Below are positions 33,400 through 43,160 of a stretch of DNA of 64,000 nucleotides, one piece after another. The notes under the pieces are model-generated. The model did no database searches, was not told where the DNA came from, and saw nothing but the letters and a program-made list of their open reading frames with translations. The stretch comes from Nitrospirota bacterium (GTDB lineage Bacteria > Nitrospirota > UBA9217). How positions within the stretch are numbered: the stretch's first letter is position 1; each line of letters starts with the position of its first letter. The translations under genes and the position numbers were made by a program. The DNA lies in contig CAVVOB010000027.1 in the NCBI GenBank assembly GCA_963749655.1, positions 1-64,000 on the forward strand. The letters run 5' to 3'.

Positions 33400-33930
33400 A
33401 TGAACAGAATAAACAAACTATTTATTCCCGTGCTGCTTCTCGGCCTCTCGACAATCGTCGTTCTCGAATTGATGGCTCTTGCAGTGCAGGCTGCGGAAAA
33501 AGACCTGCAATTTGTCCGCGGTGAGCGCGACAGGATCTGGTACCTGAAGACCGATACGCTGATCAGCACCGCTCCGGGCACCTTCAGCTTCTGGAACAAG
33601 GTCGTTCCGGCGAAAGGGAGCCCCTATTTTTCACGGATGGGGGAAGTCCTGCATCATGGGGGAAAAAGGACCGACCGGCTGGAGTTTATCCAGGCCCTGC
33701 AGGAGGTCGACTGCACAGCAGGCACCTCCAGGATCTTGAGCATTGTTTACTTCGACAAGAAGGAGCGCATCATACTCACGCAATATGATGCGAACAGCTC
33801 TCCCGCTCTTGCCGATTTTACCGGGGACGCAAAGCTGGTCGCAGAGACGGTCTGTGCCGAAGCATGGAGTGACAGCGGTGAGCAGTATGCTGTTGCGAGA
33901 TTCGCTCCCGCTCCCGCGCCAGGCAAGTAA
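33400..33930 (+). CDS. Exported protein, surface-adhesin E-like
   Basis: Hydrophobic N-terminus; WYL.TD, FW.K, EVDC...ETVC pattern. Confidence 0.55.
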   Translation: MNRINKLFIPVLLLGLSTIVVLELMALAVQAAEKDLQFVRGERDRIWYLKTDTLISTAPGTFSFWNKVVPAKGSPYFSRMGEVLHHGGKRTDRLEFIQALQEVDCTAGTSRILSIVYFDKKERIILTQYDANSSPALADFTGDAKLVAETVCAEAWSDSGEQYAVARFAPAPAPGK

Positions 33931-33989
33931 GATCCGGGCTGTGGAGAGCGCGGGAAAGAACAAAAAAGGACGGCGCTTTGCAGGTTGTT

Positions 33990-35177
33990 CTACAGGCTGA
34001 TGTTTTCCACCATGCTCCTGAAATACCGGCAGTTCGCCATGAGGTCCGGTCCGTGGGTGAACAGCCCGCCGCCGATCAGGAAGATCAGGTCCCGTCCGTA
34101 AGTTTCGATCATCTCCGGCACCCGTTCAATGCTCATGCCTCCTCCCGGCGCGGGGAAGATGGATTTGAGCGTCCCCATCGGTTCGGAGGCTGCGTCCGCA
34201 ATCTCCCTGCATTCCCTGCGGCTGAAGGAGAATCGCCCCCCGAAGTTCGGGAAGATGGTAGCGTCCGCGCCGCCGAGCCGGGCAAGCTGTCCGAAGACGA
34301 CTCCGTGGGACATGCCGCTGTTGCCCGTGACAAAACTCCCCTGCAGGGCCGGATGGGTAAGGATCGGAAGCGCGAGCCCGTCGTCCTCAGCCAGTTCCCG
34401 CATGCAGTCGTATCCCACCAGACCCGGCGCGACCATGAGCCCTCCGGCCCCCGCTTCCTTCGCAATCCTGGCCCGCTTCAAGACCTCGTTATTCGGCGCG
34501 GTCACGTTGGCTATATATATAGGAGGACTCCCTGATTCCCTGCCCGCCCGTTGTACCGCATCAGCGCAGCGTTTGACCCGCTCCGCAAAAGGCGAACAGC
34601 GCTGGTCCGTCAGGCCGTGGTCGTCCTTGATCATGTCCATGCCGCCCAGGGCGAACCGGTACGCGAGGTCGGCAAGTTCGGTGCAGGAAAGGCCCATGGG
34701 TTTTATCGCGGTCGAGAGGAGCGGCCGCTTCGGAACGTTCAATAATTTCCTGAGCCCGTCCCTGCCGAAGCGGGAGCCTTTAAAATTCCTGAGCAGCGTT
34801 TCAGGCAGATCGAGGTGCTCTACGCGGATGCCGGGCTTGATGCTGCTGTTTCCGAATATGACGTTCAGGAGCTGCGTGAGCTCGCCTGCGGCTATCTCGA
34901 CGGCATAGCTGACGATCGCCCGGAAGCTGTCATTGTCAAACCGTTCGAACAGTTCTATCCGTCCGAACACATGGTCCCGGATCACGCCTTCGGGAACTTC
35001 GTGAGCCGGAAATTCCACGGTCTGTTCGATGCAGATGTCCTCGGCTTTGGCGCGCGCTTCGCTCTCATTGCCGAAGATGCGGTAGAAGACGGAGAAGCGG
35101 CCTGAAGAAAAAAGAGAGGAGGGGGTAGAGGTTTTGTGAAGGATCATGGCGCTCCGTCTCTGTTGACGATTATTCAC
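33990..35177 (-). CDS. RuBisCO-like protein (form IV, R. rubrum MTRu-1-P isomerase type); alternative start 35147
   Basis: EQTVE, FGNSS, IKPMG, GGMDMIKDDHGL, IFPNFGGRF, PGGGM, IGGG. Confidence 0.9.
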   Translation of the reverse strand: MNNRQQRRSAMILHKTSTPSSLFSSGRFSVFYRIFGNESEARAKAEDICIEQTVEFPAHEVPEGVIRDHVFGRIELFERFDNDSFRAIVSYAVEIAAGELTQLLNVIFGNSSIKPGIRVEHLDLPETLLRNFKGSRFGRDGLRKLLNVPKRPLLSTAIKPMGLSCTELADLAYRFALGGMDMIKDDHGLTDQRCSPFAERVKRCADAVQRAGRESGSPPIYIANVTAPNNEVLKRARIAKEAGAGGLMVAPGLVGYDCMRELAEDDGLALPILTHPALQGSFVTGNSGMSHGVVFGQLARLGGADATIFPNFGGRFSFSRRECREIADAASEPMGTLKSIFPAPGGGMSIERVPEMIETYGRDLIFLIGGGLFTHGPDLMANCRYFRSMVENISL

Positions 35178-35628
35178 CGTTGCCGCTGTCCTTTTTAGTT
35201 TTTCCTTCGAGCTGTTTATATTTCCGGAACGCCACGGAAAGCGTCGACGACTCGGATATGGCCCCTGCCACGAGGAGAGCGTCCATGATCTCTTCGAGCG
35301 ACGCGCCGTGGTCCATGGCCCGCGCCATGTGCGCTTCGAGGCAGTGGTCGCACCGAAGTGCCGCGGCAGCGCCGATGGCCACCAGCTCCGCCGTCTTCCT
35401 GTCCAGCGTGGACGGCTCCTTATAGATCGCCATGCCCTTCAGGATGAAGGGGTTGAAATTCCGCGGCCGGTCCTTCAGCACGTTCAAGAGAAACCCCAGC
35501 TCCCCTTTCTTGTTCCGGTGCAGGTCCGCGAGCTCTTCCGTGAGCTCGTCCCTGCAAAGCAGCGCCCGGGTCTCTTTCACGAGGTTTGAATTCTTAACTT
35601 TTTTCGAAGGACTCTTAGCTTTTTTCAT
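35170..35628 (-). CDS. AhpD/CMD-family protein with CxxC
   Basis: ELVAIGAAAALRCDHCLEAH...GASLEEI. Confidence 0.85.
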   Translation of the reverse strand: MKKAKSPSKKVKNSNLVKETRALLCRDELTEELADLHRNKKGELGFLLNVLKDRPRNFNPFILKGMAIYKEPSTLDRKTAELVAIGAAAALRCDHCLEAHMARAMDHGASLEEIMDALLVAGAISESSTLSVAFRKYKQLEGKTKKDSGNGE

Positions 35629-35722
35629 TTAAATTTGCCAATCCGCGTTTCGCAATTATCTTCCCTGGCTACCGGCCCCTTGCCCCAGGCCCCCATCTTT
35701 TCCATTCCGCATTCTCATTGCT

Positions 35723-37720
35723 TTACAGGGCTTCCGCTTTCGCCTCGCTGTGAACGGCGCTGATGTGTGCCTTTGCAAGCTCTTCTTCGGATATGTTGAA
35801 TTTTTCCTTTGTCAGGTTTTCCGTTTCTTTGATCAGCGCCATGGCGTCCATGTCGTATTTCTTCAACAGATAATTTTTGCTCGCGCCGTGGGCATAGGTG
35901 TCTCTGAGGCCCATACGCACCAGTTTTTTCGAAATGCCCGCCTCAGCCATCTGTTCGGCGACGATCGATCCCAGGCCGCCGATGATGGTGTGGTTTTCCA
36001 TGGTGATCACGCCGTGGCGGGATTTCGCGATCGCCTCAAGCACGGATTCGTCATTGAAAGGCTTCAACGTCGAGATGTGCAGATGCTGGATCGACAGCCC
36101 CCGTTGTTTCAGGACCTGCACCGCCCGCAGCGCCTCTTCGGTCATAATGCCCGAGGTCAGGAGCGCGATGTCGCCTCCCGTCGAAAGCGTCCGCGCCCTA
36201 TTGAACTGCATGGGCTCCTCTTTCGGGAACAGCCTCGGGATCTCGCCCCTGAGCATCCGCACGTAGACCGGGCCTTTGATCTTTTCGACCACCGCGAGGA
36301 CCGACTCCACCTCGGTGGCATCGCCGCATTCAAGGACCGTCATGTTCGGCAGCGCCCGCATCAGCGCCACGTCTTCGATGGCCTGGTGAGTGGCCCCGCC
36401 GGGCGTGGTGATGCCGGGCAGGAACCCGATCATCCTGACCGGCAGATTGGGATAGGATACGGACATGGCGATCTGGTCAAAGGCGCGGCGATAGATGAAG
36501 ACCGCGAAAGTATGAACAAAGGGGATGAAACCCTCGCGCGCGAGGCCTGCCGCGAAGCTCAGCATGTTCTGCTCGGCAATGCCCATGGACAGGAACCGGT
36601 CGGGATAAGTCGACCGGAAAAGGTCGATCTCCGTCGAGCTGGTGAGGTCGGCCGAAAGCACGAGCACCTCCGGCTTGTCCGCGGCCCAGGCAACGAGGTT
36701 CTTCGCATGCACCCGCGTGACGATCTCGGGGCCAAGCGGCTTCTCCCCTTTTCCTTCTCCCCTTGAGGGAGAGGGCGGAGTGAGGGGTGCTTCAGAACCC
36801 GTCATCTCAGCCAGAGCAGCCAGATACTGTCCCTTTTCCTCGGCCGACGAAAAGCGGACATAATGCATCTTGGGGGCCCGGGACTTCAGGACCTCGATCC
36901 CCATCGCAGCATCGGTATCGCACAGGACGACGACGGGCCTGCCGTCCGGCGCCAGCGCCCCCGTGTCGGCAAGGCGCTTGATGTCGTGGCCGTTCACCCG
37001 GAACACGCGGCAGCCGAAGGCCTCGAGCCTCTTGTCAAGCGGCTCGATGTCCATGACCGAGCACATCTTTCCGTCGCACTGGAACCCGTTCACGTCCACG
37101 TAGATGACGACGTTGTCGAGCATATGGAAGGACATGGCCTGAAGCGCTTCCCAGGTCTGGCCGATCTGGAACTCGCCGTCGGACATGAAAAGGAAAACCC
37201 TGCCCTTCTCGCCCTTCCGTTTCCGCGCCATGGCAATGCCCGCGGCCTGGCTGATGCCCTGGCCGAGAGAGCCCGTCATGGTCTCCATGCCCGGCGAGTG
37301 CTCCGCGCCGATCATCTCGACGGAGCTGCCGTCCTTGTTGAACTGCAGGAGCCCCTCCTCGGCCATGCGGCCCGTTTCGATCAGGGTCGCATAGAGCACG
37401 AGCGCATACTGGGCCGGTGAAAGAAAGAAGCGGTCGCGGTCCGGGCCGGGCCCGTTGAAGTCCGCTCCCGTGAAATAATGAGGATTGCCGGGTCCGGGAA
37501 CTCCCGGAAACGGCCTGGGGACCAACGGAACTTCGATCGTTCCGAGGTTCATGACCTTGACGTAAAGCGTCGCCAGGATCTCCGCCGAGGAGCAGGCCTG
37601 GGAGAGGTATCCTCCGTTGTTCCTGATCGTGTGTTCGAGCACGCGGCGCCGGATACTTGCTGCAACGCGCTTCACCTCGCTCTGCCATGCCGCACCAATG
37701 TCTTTCTTCTCTGCCTTCAT
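35723..37720 (-). CDS. Transketolase-family ThDP enzyme, N and C subunits fused
   Basis: TGSLGQG, SDGE...N ThDP motif, GIAEQNM, THQ, ENH. Confidence 0.9.
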   Translation of the reverse strand: MKAEKKDIGAAWQSEVKRVAASIRRRVLEHTIRNNGGYLSQACSSAEILATLYVKVMNLGTIEVPLVPRPFPGVPGPGNPHYFTGADFNGPGPDRDRFFLSPAQYALVLYATLIETGRMAEEGLLQFNKDGSSVEMIGAEHSPGMETMTGSLGQGISQAAGIAMARKRKGEKGRVFLFMSDGEFQIGQTWEALQAMSFHMLDNVVIYVDVNGFQCDGKMCSVMDIEPLDKRLEAFGCRVFRVNGHDIKRLADTGALAPDGRPVVVLCDTDAAMGIEVLKSRAPKMHYVRFSSAEEKGQYLAALAEMTGSEAPLTPPSPSRGEGKGEKPLGPEIVTRVHAKNLVAWAADKPEVLVLSADLTSSTEIDLFRSTYPDRFLSMGIAEQNMLSFAAGLAREGFIPFVHTFAVFIYRRAFDQIAMSVSYPNLPVRMIGFLPGITTPGGATHQAIEDVALMRALPNMTVLECGDATEVESVLAVVEKIKGPVYVRMLRGEIPRLFPKEEPMQFNRARTLSTGGDIALLTSGIMTEEALRAVQVLKQRGLSIQHLHISTLKPFNDESVLEAIAKSRHGVITMENHTIIGGLGSIVAEQMAEAGISKKLVRMGLRDTYAHGASKNYLLKKYDMDAMALIKETENLTKEKFNISEEELAKAHISAVHSEAKAEAL

Positions 37721-37845
37721 ACCCTTCTTACGCTCTCCAATTCCGCATTGTTGCTAAAATACCGCCTGTTTCACAAAACAAAACCCCGACAAGCTTGCAG
37801 GCTCACAGGCCGGCAGGCCGGGCTTTGCAACGTCTGACGGCGTTG

Positions 37846-37874
37846 ATTATCACGCAAGGATGAACCGGTGTCAA
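37846..37874 (-). promoter_or_regulatory. Sigma-70-type promoter of the transketolase-AhpD-RLP operon
   Basis: Minus strand TTGACA-17 nt-GATAAT. Confidence 0.55.
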
Positions 37875-38125
37875 GGCGAAAGAGTCCCCGAACCGGACCA
37901 GGGAGCCACCGGTTCCGCGGACGATGCGGAACACACAGTGGGGACACAGAAAAAGTCTCGCAACATTTCATGAAGTATACCCTCCTCCTTGGTTTACTAT
38001 CTGCGTTTATCCGTGTTCACCTGTGGTTCCCTTCTCTTAAAATCCTGCCCGACCGGCCAGGTGGCTGCACTCCGGCCCGCACTACGGGGTCCGGATGCGT
38101 ACTTGCTATTTTTCATATTATTACA

Positions 38126-38154
38126 TTGACACGTTTTTATATATTTGATATAGT
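38126..38154 (+). promoter_or_regulatory. Sigma-70-type promoter
   Basis: TTGACA-17 nt-TATAGT upstream of the gene at 38221. Confidence 0.55.
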
Positions 38155-38220
38155 TGGTATGCCATACTATAGTAATATCAGCACTGTAGACACCTTAACT
38201 ATTACAAAGGAGGCACAAGA

Positions 38221-38691
38221 ATGAAAAAAATGTTGAGCTTGACGATTTCTTTTCTCCTCGTACTCGGGATGATCGCCCCGGTGCTCGCATCAGGACAATT
38301 CGACCACATCCTCACGACTGCGGATGTGGAAAAGGCCACCGGCTTGACGGGCGTAAAACAGGTGCCCCGCGAGCCGCTGAACAAGTTCAGGAACGGAGAC
38401 CTAAACTTCGTTCTGCGTGACGGAACGCCTGTTCTCATGATCCAGTTCCGGCCGTCGTTCGTGTTCGACGCGATGAAATCGGACAGCGGGTACTTCAAAT
38501 CGCCGCTTACGGGCATCGGCGAAGAGGCGTTCACCAGCCCGGCCTTCGACCCCCAGTTCTCGATCAATCTGCACAAGGGGCACTACGTGTCCGTCGTGAC
38601 CACCAATGTCGACCCCCGGGACAAGACCAGGACGGTCATCAATATGGACAAGCTTATCGTGATCGCCAAGATCGTGGCGTCGCGGATGTAG
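38221..38691 (+). CDS. Exported hypothetical protein
   Basis: aaggagg RBS; signal peptide ending VLA; own promoter and terminator. Confidence 0.8.
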   Translation: MKKMLSLTISFLLVLGMIAPVLASGQFDHILTTADVEKATGLTGVKQVPREPLNKFRNGDLNFVLRDGTPVLMIQFRPSFVFDAMKSDSGYFKSPLTGIGEEAFTSPAFDPQFSINLHKGHYVSVVTTNVDPRDKTRTVINMDKLIVIAKIVASRM

Positions 38692-38732
38692 CCCGTCTTC
38701 CCGACCATTAGCACATACAAAACAAAGACAGC

Positions 38733-38768
38733 AAAAAGCCGTCGGTTCAATTGATCCGGCGGCTTTTC
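38733..38768. terminator. Bidirectional rho-independent terminator
   Basis: aaaagccgtcgg...ccggcggctttt between convergent genes. Confidence 0.65.
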
Positions 38769-38924
38769 TATTTGCGTGATTTGGGGACAAATGATTTTAG
38801 AATCCGTTCTGTCCGCAGAGGACGCAGAAAAAGCGAATCGGTAATTTAAATCCGGGCATGCATCTGCGTAATCTGCGGACAAATTGCTCTTGGTAGGTTT
38901 TTATAGAATTTGCGGGGACTGCGC

Positions 38925-39389
38925 TCAGACAGCGACCTTGACCACGATCTTCAGAACAGAAGACGACGCACCGGCTGCAAGTTTCGGAGCATGCGCATCC
39001 TCGGGATAGAACACCGCAAGCTGACCTGCCTGCAGATGCACGGGCGTCCACTTCCCCGCCGGAATTGTGCCGAAGCAGATGTCCCGCTCGGCGCTGTACG
39101 CCTCCGTTACCGTCATCAGCTCCGCAGGCGCCCAGCCGATCATTTCCTCTCCCGACACAATGACCTGGACATCGATATAGGCCGCATGATGCTCGAACTT
39201 CGGCGTACCTGCAGCGGCAGTCTCATATCTCTGGACGGTCGCGAACACGCGCTGCCCGTCGATCTCCACCTTGCCGGCGGCCAAGCCGCCCAGGTCCGCG
39301 CGTTTCAGGAAGTCAATGGCGGTCCTCATAGACGGCGTCATCGCGATCTGATGTTCCATATGCCGGAGATCAGTTGCAAGCACGGTCAC
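38925..39389 (-). CDS. YhcH/YjgK/YiaL (DUF386) family protein
   Basis: FEHH..YIDVQ..SGEE, FYPEDAH.P, KIVVKV. Confidence 0.88.
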   Translation of the reverse strand: MTVLATDLRHMEHQIAMTPSMRTAIDFLKRADLGGLAAGKVEIDGQRVFATVQRYETAAAGTPKFEHHAAYIDVQVIVSGEEMIGWAPAELMTVTEAYSAERDICFGTIPAGKWTPVHLQAGQLAVFYPEDAHAPKLAAGASSSVLKIVVKVAV

Positions 39390-39425
39390 TCTCCCTGTGC
39401 GGGAACGGGGAATCAGACGGCCCGC

Positions 39426-39737
39426 TCACCGCAGCCTCGTCCTGCACTTTTTGCATACTTCACGGTGGATATCGGCGCCCAGGTACCTGTTGCATGATGG
39501 GCACCTCCAGTTGAAGGCCGTGAAGCCGATGAATGTCGCAATGCACCAGGCCTGCATCCCGAAGATCACGTCTTTGGAAAAGTTCCCGAAACGCTCAGGC
39601 TGTTTATAAATCACTGCAGACAGGAGCACGAGAAAGAGCGCTATGGCTATAGCAATGATCTGGCGGGACTGGCGCTCGTAAAATTTCCGTTTGATTGTCT
39701 CAGGGTCTTTTTCCCGAACCGGTGATCTTCTTGCCAT
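39426..39737 (-). CDS. Small membrane protein with C-terminal zinc ribbon
   Basis: Two TM segments; WRCPSC...CKKC. Confidence 0.7.
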   Translation of the reverse strand: MARRSPVREKDPETIKRKFYERQSRQIIAIAIALFLVLLSAVIYKQPERFGNFSKDVIFGMQAWCIATFIGFTAFNWRCPSCNRYLGADIHREVCKKCRTRLR

Positions 39738-39855
39738 GGACCACAACCTCTTTCCCCTTCACATTAACTGTTCAATCCGCAATTAAAAAACGCTGTCAGC
39801 ATTCAGCTTGTGTCACGCACTCCTGGACCCTTGCCTTACTGCTTCCGCACTTGAA

Positions 39856-40341
39856 TCATTTCCCGCAGCATTTCTTGAACTTCTTGCCGCTGCCGCAGGA
39901 ACAGAGATCGTTTCTCCCCACCTTGGGTGCGGCCCGGACCGCGGGCTTCGGCATGAGCTTCCCTGTTGAAAAATACCAGGAACCGTCCTTTTTTTCAAAG
40001 GTGGACACTTCATGGTGCTCCTGCCGTATCCCTTTCTCCGTGTAGAAAACGGTGAACTCGACGGTGCCCGTGGAATCGCCGGCGCCGCCTGCCGTGGTCT
40101 TATGAATCGTGATGCCGTGCCATTCGGCCCGTTCGGCCCAGGCGCGGCTGCTCTGCGCATCATAATCCTTCCGGTAATCGGGATGGAGGGATGACAAAAG
40201 GTAGTCCATCTCCATCCTGACGTAGGCGCTGTAGCGGGAGCGCATGAGCTGTTCGGCTGTTGCCGCCGCCTGTTCGCCCTTGATCAGGGGCCTGCAGCAG
40301 AGCGCGTAATCTTTGTTTGATCCGCAGGGACAATTATCCAT
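39856..40341 (-). CDS. ychJ: YchJ family (SEC-C motif) protein
   Basis: CPCGS...CC, AEQLMRSRYSAY, GRNDLCSCGSGKKFKKCC. Confidence 0.9.
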   Translation of the reverse strand: MDNCPCGSNKDYALCCRPLIKGEQAAATAEQLMRSRYSAYVRMEMDYLLSSLHPDYRKDYDAQSSRAWAERAEWHGITIHKTTAGGAGDSTGTVEFTVFYTEKGIRQEHHEVSTFEKKDGSWYFSTGKLMPKPAVRAAPKVGRNDLCSCGSGKKFKKCCGK

Positions 40342-40361
40342 GAAAAAATTCCTTTCGATGC

Positions 40362-41213
40362 TCAAAAACCGAGCGAACGGTGCAGCTTCTGCCAGGCTGT
40401 CGGCTTGGGTCTCAGGGCCCATACGGTGAACCAGATAGCGGCGATCAGGACGATCACGGTGGCGACCTGCACGGCGCGGGATCGATGAACCTCGGTCCGC
40501 CACCACGTGTATCCCCTCAAGGCAGCGTCGGAGCCCGCCACGAGCAGATTCTGGGCATGCTCTTTTGCGGGGGCGAACACATCAGCAGGGTTGACCACGG
40601 CAAGCCTGTTGCGCACCCGGCTGAGCCCCAGACCGCCGAAGGGCAGACCGGCCGCAGGAGCCCCGGCTGCCGTTATTTTTCCCGCATACCCGCCGGCTTC
40701 GTCGGCCCGCGGAATACGGTACATCCGGACCTTGTCCGAAATACCCTTAAGTTCGGCATAGCCGACTTCCTCCCAGGGGACCTCGGACCGGGTCATGGAG
40801 AGAAAGACAGACTCTGAAAAATAGACCTCTCCTGCCGCTGCCTTGCCCTCGATCCTGGCGGCAATGTTCACCGCTTCTCCGAACACGTCTCCCCCGTCGA
40901 TGCGGACCTCTCCCACATTGACGGCGGCACGGACCTTGAAACGATCCGACGGGTCCACGCCTGCATCGGTCTCCGCGAGCCGGTCCTGGATCGCCGTGGA
41001 GCACAGCAGCCCGTCTGTGGGCGAACGGAAGGTGAGCAGGTAGGCGTCGCCGATGGTCTTCACGACCTTCCCGTTGTATACGCGGACAAGGGGCCGCACG
41101 ATCTCATCAAAACGACGCAGCATGAGCAGGTTCTGTTCGCGCGTCTGGACCGAGGTGCGGGGGGTAAAGCCGGCGATATCCACAAAGACGATGGCGAGGT
41201 TTTCAGTTCTCAT
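40362..41213 (-). CDS. Class III adenylate/guanylate cyclase with C-terminal membrane anchor
   Basis: FVDIAGFT, KTIGDA, DVFGEAVNIAAR. Confidence 0.88.
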   Translation of the reverse strand: MRTENLAIVFVDIAGFTPRTSVQTREQNLLMLRRFDEIVRPLVRVYNGKVVKTIGDAYLLTFRSPTDGLLCSTAIQDRLAETDAGVDPSDRFKVRAAVNVGEVRIDGGDVFGEAVNIAARIEGKAAAGEVYFSESVFLSMTRSEVPWEEVGYAELKGISDKVRMYRIPRADEAGGYAGKITAAGAPAAGLPFGGLGLSRVRNRLAVVNPADVFAPAKEHAQNLLVAGSDAALRGYTWWRTEVHRSRAVQVATVIVLIAAIWFTVWALRPKPTAWQKLHRSLGF

Positions 41214-41373
41214 TGTATTCGACGGGCCCCCGGCGGATCGGCTGCGAAAAATCAGGCAGGGGGCTGTTATGCGCCTCTTTTGTTCAGGATGACAGAGCCG
41301 GATATTCCTACCACAGGATGGCCATGCTGTCAAGCCGTTTTCCGGATCTGACACGCCGCGATCCGTGCAAACC

Positions 41374-41403
41374 TGTAGGGGCGAACGGCCGTTCGCCCCT
41401 ACA
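41374..41403. repeat. GTAG-type REP palindrome
   Basis: Perfect palindrome tgtaggggcgaacggccgttcgcccctaca. Confidence 0.8.
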
Positions 41404-41537
41404 AATGCGAAACGACATTACAATCCCGCCGGTAATAATGAATACCTCTTGCTTTCGGAAAACCATTGTGGAATAATCCATTTTGCTCCGGCGCTCTGCG
41501 CGCACGGAGCGCTCGATTTACATCTTCGGAGGCGTTG

Positions 41538-43013
41538 ATGGCACAACAAGCGGAAGAGCTGCTGATCGCAAAAAACAAAAAAACGGAGGTCGCGGTCCTG
41601 CCGAAAATGGCGAACCGCCACGGCCTGATCGCGGGCGCAACGGGCACGGGCAAAACGATCACCCTCCGGGTAATGGCCGAGCAATTCAGCAGGATCGGCG
41701 TTCCCGTATTCCTGGCCGATGTGAAAGGCGACTTGTCCGGCATCGCGAAGCAGGGAGGCGACCGCCCTGAACCGGCTGCGCGGGCGAAGCAGATGGGGCT
41801 CGCCGACTTCACCTTCGAAGCCTGTCCGTCCGTGTTCTGGGACGTCTTCGGGCTGCAGGGTCATCCAATCCGTACGACCATCTCCGAGATGGGCCCCCTG
41901 CTCCTGTCGCGCATTCTGAACCTGAACGAGGTCCAGGCAGGCGTCCTCACCCTCGTGTTCAAGATCGCCGACGACAACGGCCTTCTGCTGCTGGACCTGA
42001 AGGACCTGAAAGCCATGGCGCAGTTCGCCGGCGACAACGCCGCCAAGTTCAAAACCGAATACGGGAACATCTCTACCGCGAGCATCGGCGCGATCCAGCG
42101 CGGGCTCATCGCACTTGAGGAGCAGGGAGGCAGCGCCTTTTTCGGAGAGCCGGCCCTGGATTTGAACGACTTCCTGCAGACCGACGGAAAGGGCAGGGGC
42201 GTCGTCAACATCCTGGCTGCCGACAAGCTGATGCTCGCTCCCCGGCTTTACGCGACGTTCCTGCTCTGGATGCTGTCCGAGCTCTACGAAACCCTTCCCG
42301 AGGTCGGCGATCCCGACAAGCCTAAAATGGTTTTCTTTTTCGACGAGGCGCATCTGCTGTTCGAAGACGCGCCCAAGGCGCTCGAGGACAAGATCGAACA
42401 GGTCGTTCGGCTCATTCGGTCCAAGGGCATCGGCGTCTACTTCGTGACCCAGAACCCCCTGGATGTTCCCGAAACAGTGCTCGGCCAGCTCGGCAACCGC
42501 GTGCAGCATGCACTCCGGGCCTTCACGCCCCGCGACCAGAAAGCCGTCAAAACAGCGGCAGACACCTTTCGTCCCAACCCGGAATTCGACGCGGCTGCGG
42601 CCATTACCGAGCTTGCCGTGGGCGAGGCCCTGGTCTCGGTGCTCGACGCCAAGGGATCGCCCACGATCGTCGAGCGCGCCCTGGTCTGCCCGCCCCGCAG
42701 CCGCCTGGCGCCCCTTTCGGCTGAAGAGCGCAGCGGTATCATCAAGGAATCGGTTCTCTTCGGTCATTATGAAAAAGCTGTGGACCGGGAGTCGGCGTAC
42801 GAAAAACTGAAACGGCGCGCTGTCGAAGAAAAGGCGCAGGAACCAGCGGAGCCGCAGGGCCGGGGACGGAGTGAGCCGAAATCCGAGACTGCGGAACTTT
42901 TCGGCGCCATGGCCAAGAGCGCGGCCCACGCCATCGGCAGCCAGATCGGCCGCCAGATCATCCGCGGCGTGCTGGGATCGATCCTCGGAGGCGGCGGAAA
43001 GCGGCGGTATTGA
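41538..43013 (+). CDS. DUF853 / YjgR HerA-like ATPase
   Basis: [38 protein letters not shown]. Confidence 0.92.
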   Translation: MAQQAEELLIAKNKKTEVAVLPKMANRHGLIAGATGTGKTITLRVMAEQFSRIGVPVFLADVKGDLSGIAKQGGDRPEPAARAKQMGLADFTFEACPSVFWDVFGLQGHPIRTTISEMGPLLLSRILNLNEVQAGVLTLVFKIADDNGLLLLDLKDLKAMAQFAGDNAAKFKTEYGNISTASIGAIQRGLIALEEQGGSAFFGEPALDLNDFLQTDGKGRGVVNILAADKLMLAPRLYATFLLWMLSELYETLPEVGDPDKPKMVFFFDEAHLLFEDAPKALEDKIEQVVRLIRSKGIGVYFVTQNPLDVPETVLGQLGNRVQHALRAFTPRDQKAVKTAADTFRPNPEFDAAAAITELAVGEALVSVLDAKGSPTIVERALVCPPRSRLAPLSAEERSGIIKESVLFGHYEKAVDRESAYEKLKRRAVEEKAQEPAEPQGRGRSEPKSETAELFGAMAKSAAHAIGSQIGRQIIRGVLGSILGGGGKRRY

Positions 43014-43057
43014 GACCGAAGGTATTGCGGAATAAAGGAACAAGGCCAAGACTTTTT

Positions 43058-43160
43058 AGCCACGAATTGTCACGAATTGACACGAATAGAGCAATGCAAC
43101 GGCCTGTTCATATTTTTTTCAAAGCTTCAATTCGTGAAAATTCGTGTTAATTCGCGGCAG
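43058..43160. repeat. Palindromic repeat (cacgaat type)
   Basis: gccacgaattgtcacgaattgacacgaat...attcgtgaaaattcgtgttaattcgcggc. Confidence 0.75.

Noticed and set aside
33990-35177. CO2-fixing RuBisCO
   Set aside because: KDDH instead of KDDE, short length and no small subunit or phosphoribulokinase nearby; this is a form IV RLP.
41418-43049. 543-aa antisense ORF (also 22744-23901, 27042-28184, 27103-28482, 35750-36766, 58070-59167, 60667-61662)
   Set aside because: Shadow ORFs of GC-rich genes with strong codon bias; no recognisable motifs.
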